A stretch of 64,000 bases of DNA from an uncultured delta proteobacterium (lineage in GTDB: Bacteria; Desulfobacterota; Binatia; UBA9968). The DNA lies in the NCBI GenBank assembly GCA_963737905.1, contig CAVTUQ010000002.1, positions 608,001 through 672,000 of the forward strand. The letters run 5' to 3'. The position numbers were made by a program, and so were the translations under genes. Below, in pieces: positions 62,664 to 64,000 of the stretch. The notes under the pieces were generated by a model. The model worked only from the letters and a program-made list of their open reading frames with translations. It made no database searches and was not told the DNA's origin. The number at the start of each line of letters is the position of its first letter. Positions within the stretch are counted from its first letter, which is position 1.

Positions 62664-64000
62664 ATGGATGCTTTGTGGGAAGGAGCGCTCCCGGAACTTA
62701 GAGAGCAGCTCGGCAAACAAAATTTTGAAGCGTGGATCAAGCCCATCCGTTTTAATGAACAAAAAGGTAACGAAATACGGCTTGATGTTCCAAACAAGTT
62801 CTTTCGCGATTGGCTGACGGATCACTTTATGGCGTCGATCGAGCAAGTATTGAGCTCCATTGCGCGTCACGAAGTAAAGGTCAGCTTGACCGTCAACGAG
62901 AACTTGCAAACTAGAGACGGGCCGTTAAGAGGCGAAAGAAAGATCGATCGGGAGCATGACAGGCCGCCACGTACAAGCAATAACCTCATCGCCAAATACA
63001 CGTTTGAAAATTTTGTTATCGGTGCAAGCAACCAATTTGCCCACGCTGCTTCAATGGCAGTGGCTAACCAACCGGGCGAGCATTACAACCCTCTTTTCAT
63101 TTATGGTGGAGTTGGGCTGGGAAAAACTCACCTGGTTAATGCTATTGGTCACCGGGCTAGTGCTAGACGTCCAAGCCTGAAGGTTGTTTATCTGAGTTCT
63201 GAATCATTCATGAACGAGCTTATCGGCTCACTCAGAAGAGATAAGATGGATGAGTTCAAAACGAAATTCAGAAATGTCGACCTGCTTATTTTGGATGACG
63301 TCCAATTTATTGCCGGGAAGGAGAGAACCCAGGAAGAGTTCTTTCACACCTTCAACTCTCTCTATGAGTCCCACAAGCAGATCGTCATCACCTCGGATAA
63401 GTTTCCCAAAGAGATTCCAGGGTTAGAAGATCGACTGCGGAATCGATTTGAATGGGGGCTGATAGCGGACATTCAGCCACCGGATGTGGAAACGAGAGTC
63501 GCAATTCTGCAGAAAAAGGCCGAGACCGAAGCTGTTCAGCTGCCCCACGACGTTGCCATTTTCTTAGCCGCTAATATCGACTCTAACGTCAGGGAGTTGG
63601 AAGGTTCTCTTACTCGCTTGGGTGCCTTCGCGTCATTGACAAAATCAATCATTACCGTCGATCTTGCAAAAGAGGTCCTACGAAATACATTAAAGGGAGC
63701 ACAACGGGAAGTCACTGTCGAAGGTATTCAAAAAACGATCTGTGATTACTACAACATAAAGCTAGGCGACCTGAAGGCGAAAAGGCGTACCAAAAACATA
63801 GCCTTCCCTAGGCAAGTGGCAATGTATCTATGTCGCAAGTATACTGAGACGTCTTTCCCGGCAATCGGCGACAAATTCGGGGGCCGCGATCATTCCACCG
63901 TAATCCACGCCTCCAAAACCATTGAGAAAAAGATAAAAGAAGACCCCTACATGCAAACAACCATCGAGAAGCTCGAGAGAAACCTTAACGTCAAGAAATA
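62664..64000 (+). CDS. dnaA: Chromosomal replication initiator DnaA (445 codons; window ends on TA, probably the stop codon)
   Basis: Missed by the ORF track. MDALWE..NFEAWIKP, YTFENFVIGASN, YNPLFIYGGVGLGKTHL, DDVQFIAGKERTQEEFFHTFN, GGRDHSTVIHA. Confidence 0.98.
   Translation, partial: MDALWEGALPELREQLGKQNFEAWIKPIRFNEQKGNEIRLDVPNKFFRDWLTDHFMASIEQVLSSIARHEVKVSLTVNENLQTRDGPLRGERKIDREHDRPPRTSNNLIAKYTFENFVIGASNQFAHAASMAVANQPGEHYNPLFIYGGVGLGKTHLVNAIGHRASARRPSLKVVYLSSESFMNELIGSLRRDKMDEFKTKFRNVDLLILDDVQFIAGKERTQEEFFHTFNSLYESHKQIVITSDKFPKEIPGLEDRLRNRFEWGLIADIQPPDVETRVAILQKKAETEAVQLPHDVAIFLAANIDSNVRELEGSLTRLGAFASLTKSIITVDLAKEVLRNTLKGAQREVTVEGIQKTICDYYNIKLGDLKAKRRTKNIAFPRQVAMYLCRKYTETSFPAIGDKFGGRDHSTVIHASKTIEKKIKEDPYMQTTIEKLERNLNVKK

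Noticed and set aside
62640-63180. ORF-track entries 62640-62909 (-) and 62956-63180 (+)
   Set aside because: They overlap dnaA in other frames; dnaA was omitted only because its stop is cut by the window edge.
1-64000. tRNA, rRNA, integrase or transposase genes
   Set aside because: None was recognised by eye; a tRNAscan-SE/Infernal/ISEScan run would be needed to exclude them formally.

Overview
Bacterial chromosome segment ending at dnaA and a probable replication origin region. Gene content and order (pilB-pilC-pilS/R-pilA, Geobacter-like pilin, split atpZIBE, grpE-dnaK-dnaJ-lon) suggest a deltaproteobacterial-grade organism, possibly Binatota/Desulfobacterota (inference). About 1-31 kb is accessory and heavily decayed. 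It holds (i) a stress/dormancy-type island with a P3A H+-ATPase, CPA1 antiporter, glycogen phosphorylase, ZIP transporter, archease-RtcB-SPFH-YihY and short remnants of USP, pncB, a PRTase, an M50-CBS protease and a Na/Ca antiporter, (ii) an extra RpoD-like sigma factor and nadE, and (iii) a LysR gene flanked by a 53-bp inverted repeat between a degraded secreted-protein cluster and a tctCBA + NahE/PhdJ-like aldolase cluster. About 31-64 kb is mostly intact core genome. The best candidate for a new system is the type IV pilus locus. There the PilS membrane/PAS sensor is fused in frame to the PilR sigma54 AAA+/HTH output with no kinase or receiver domain. It lies directly upstream of a sigma54 promoter, a pilin carrying the Geobacter aromatic pattern, and a YfhO-type glycosyltransferase. 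No rRNA, tRNA, CRISPR array or transposase was recognised. All assignments come from motif recognition by eye; no database searches were run.
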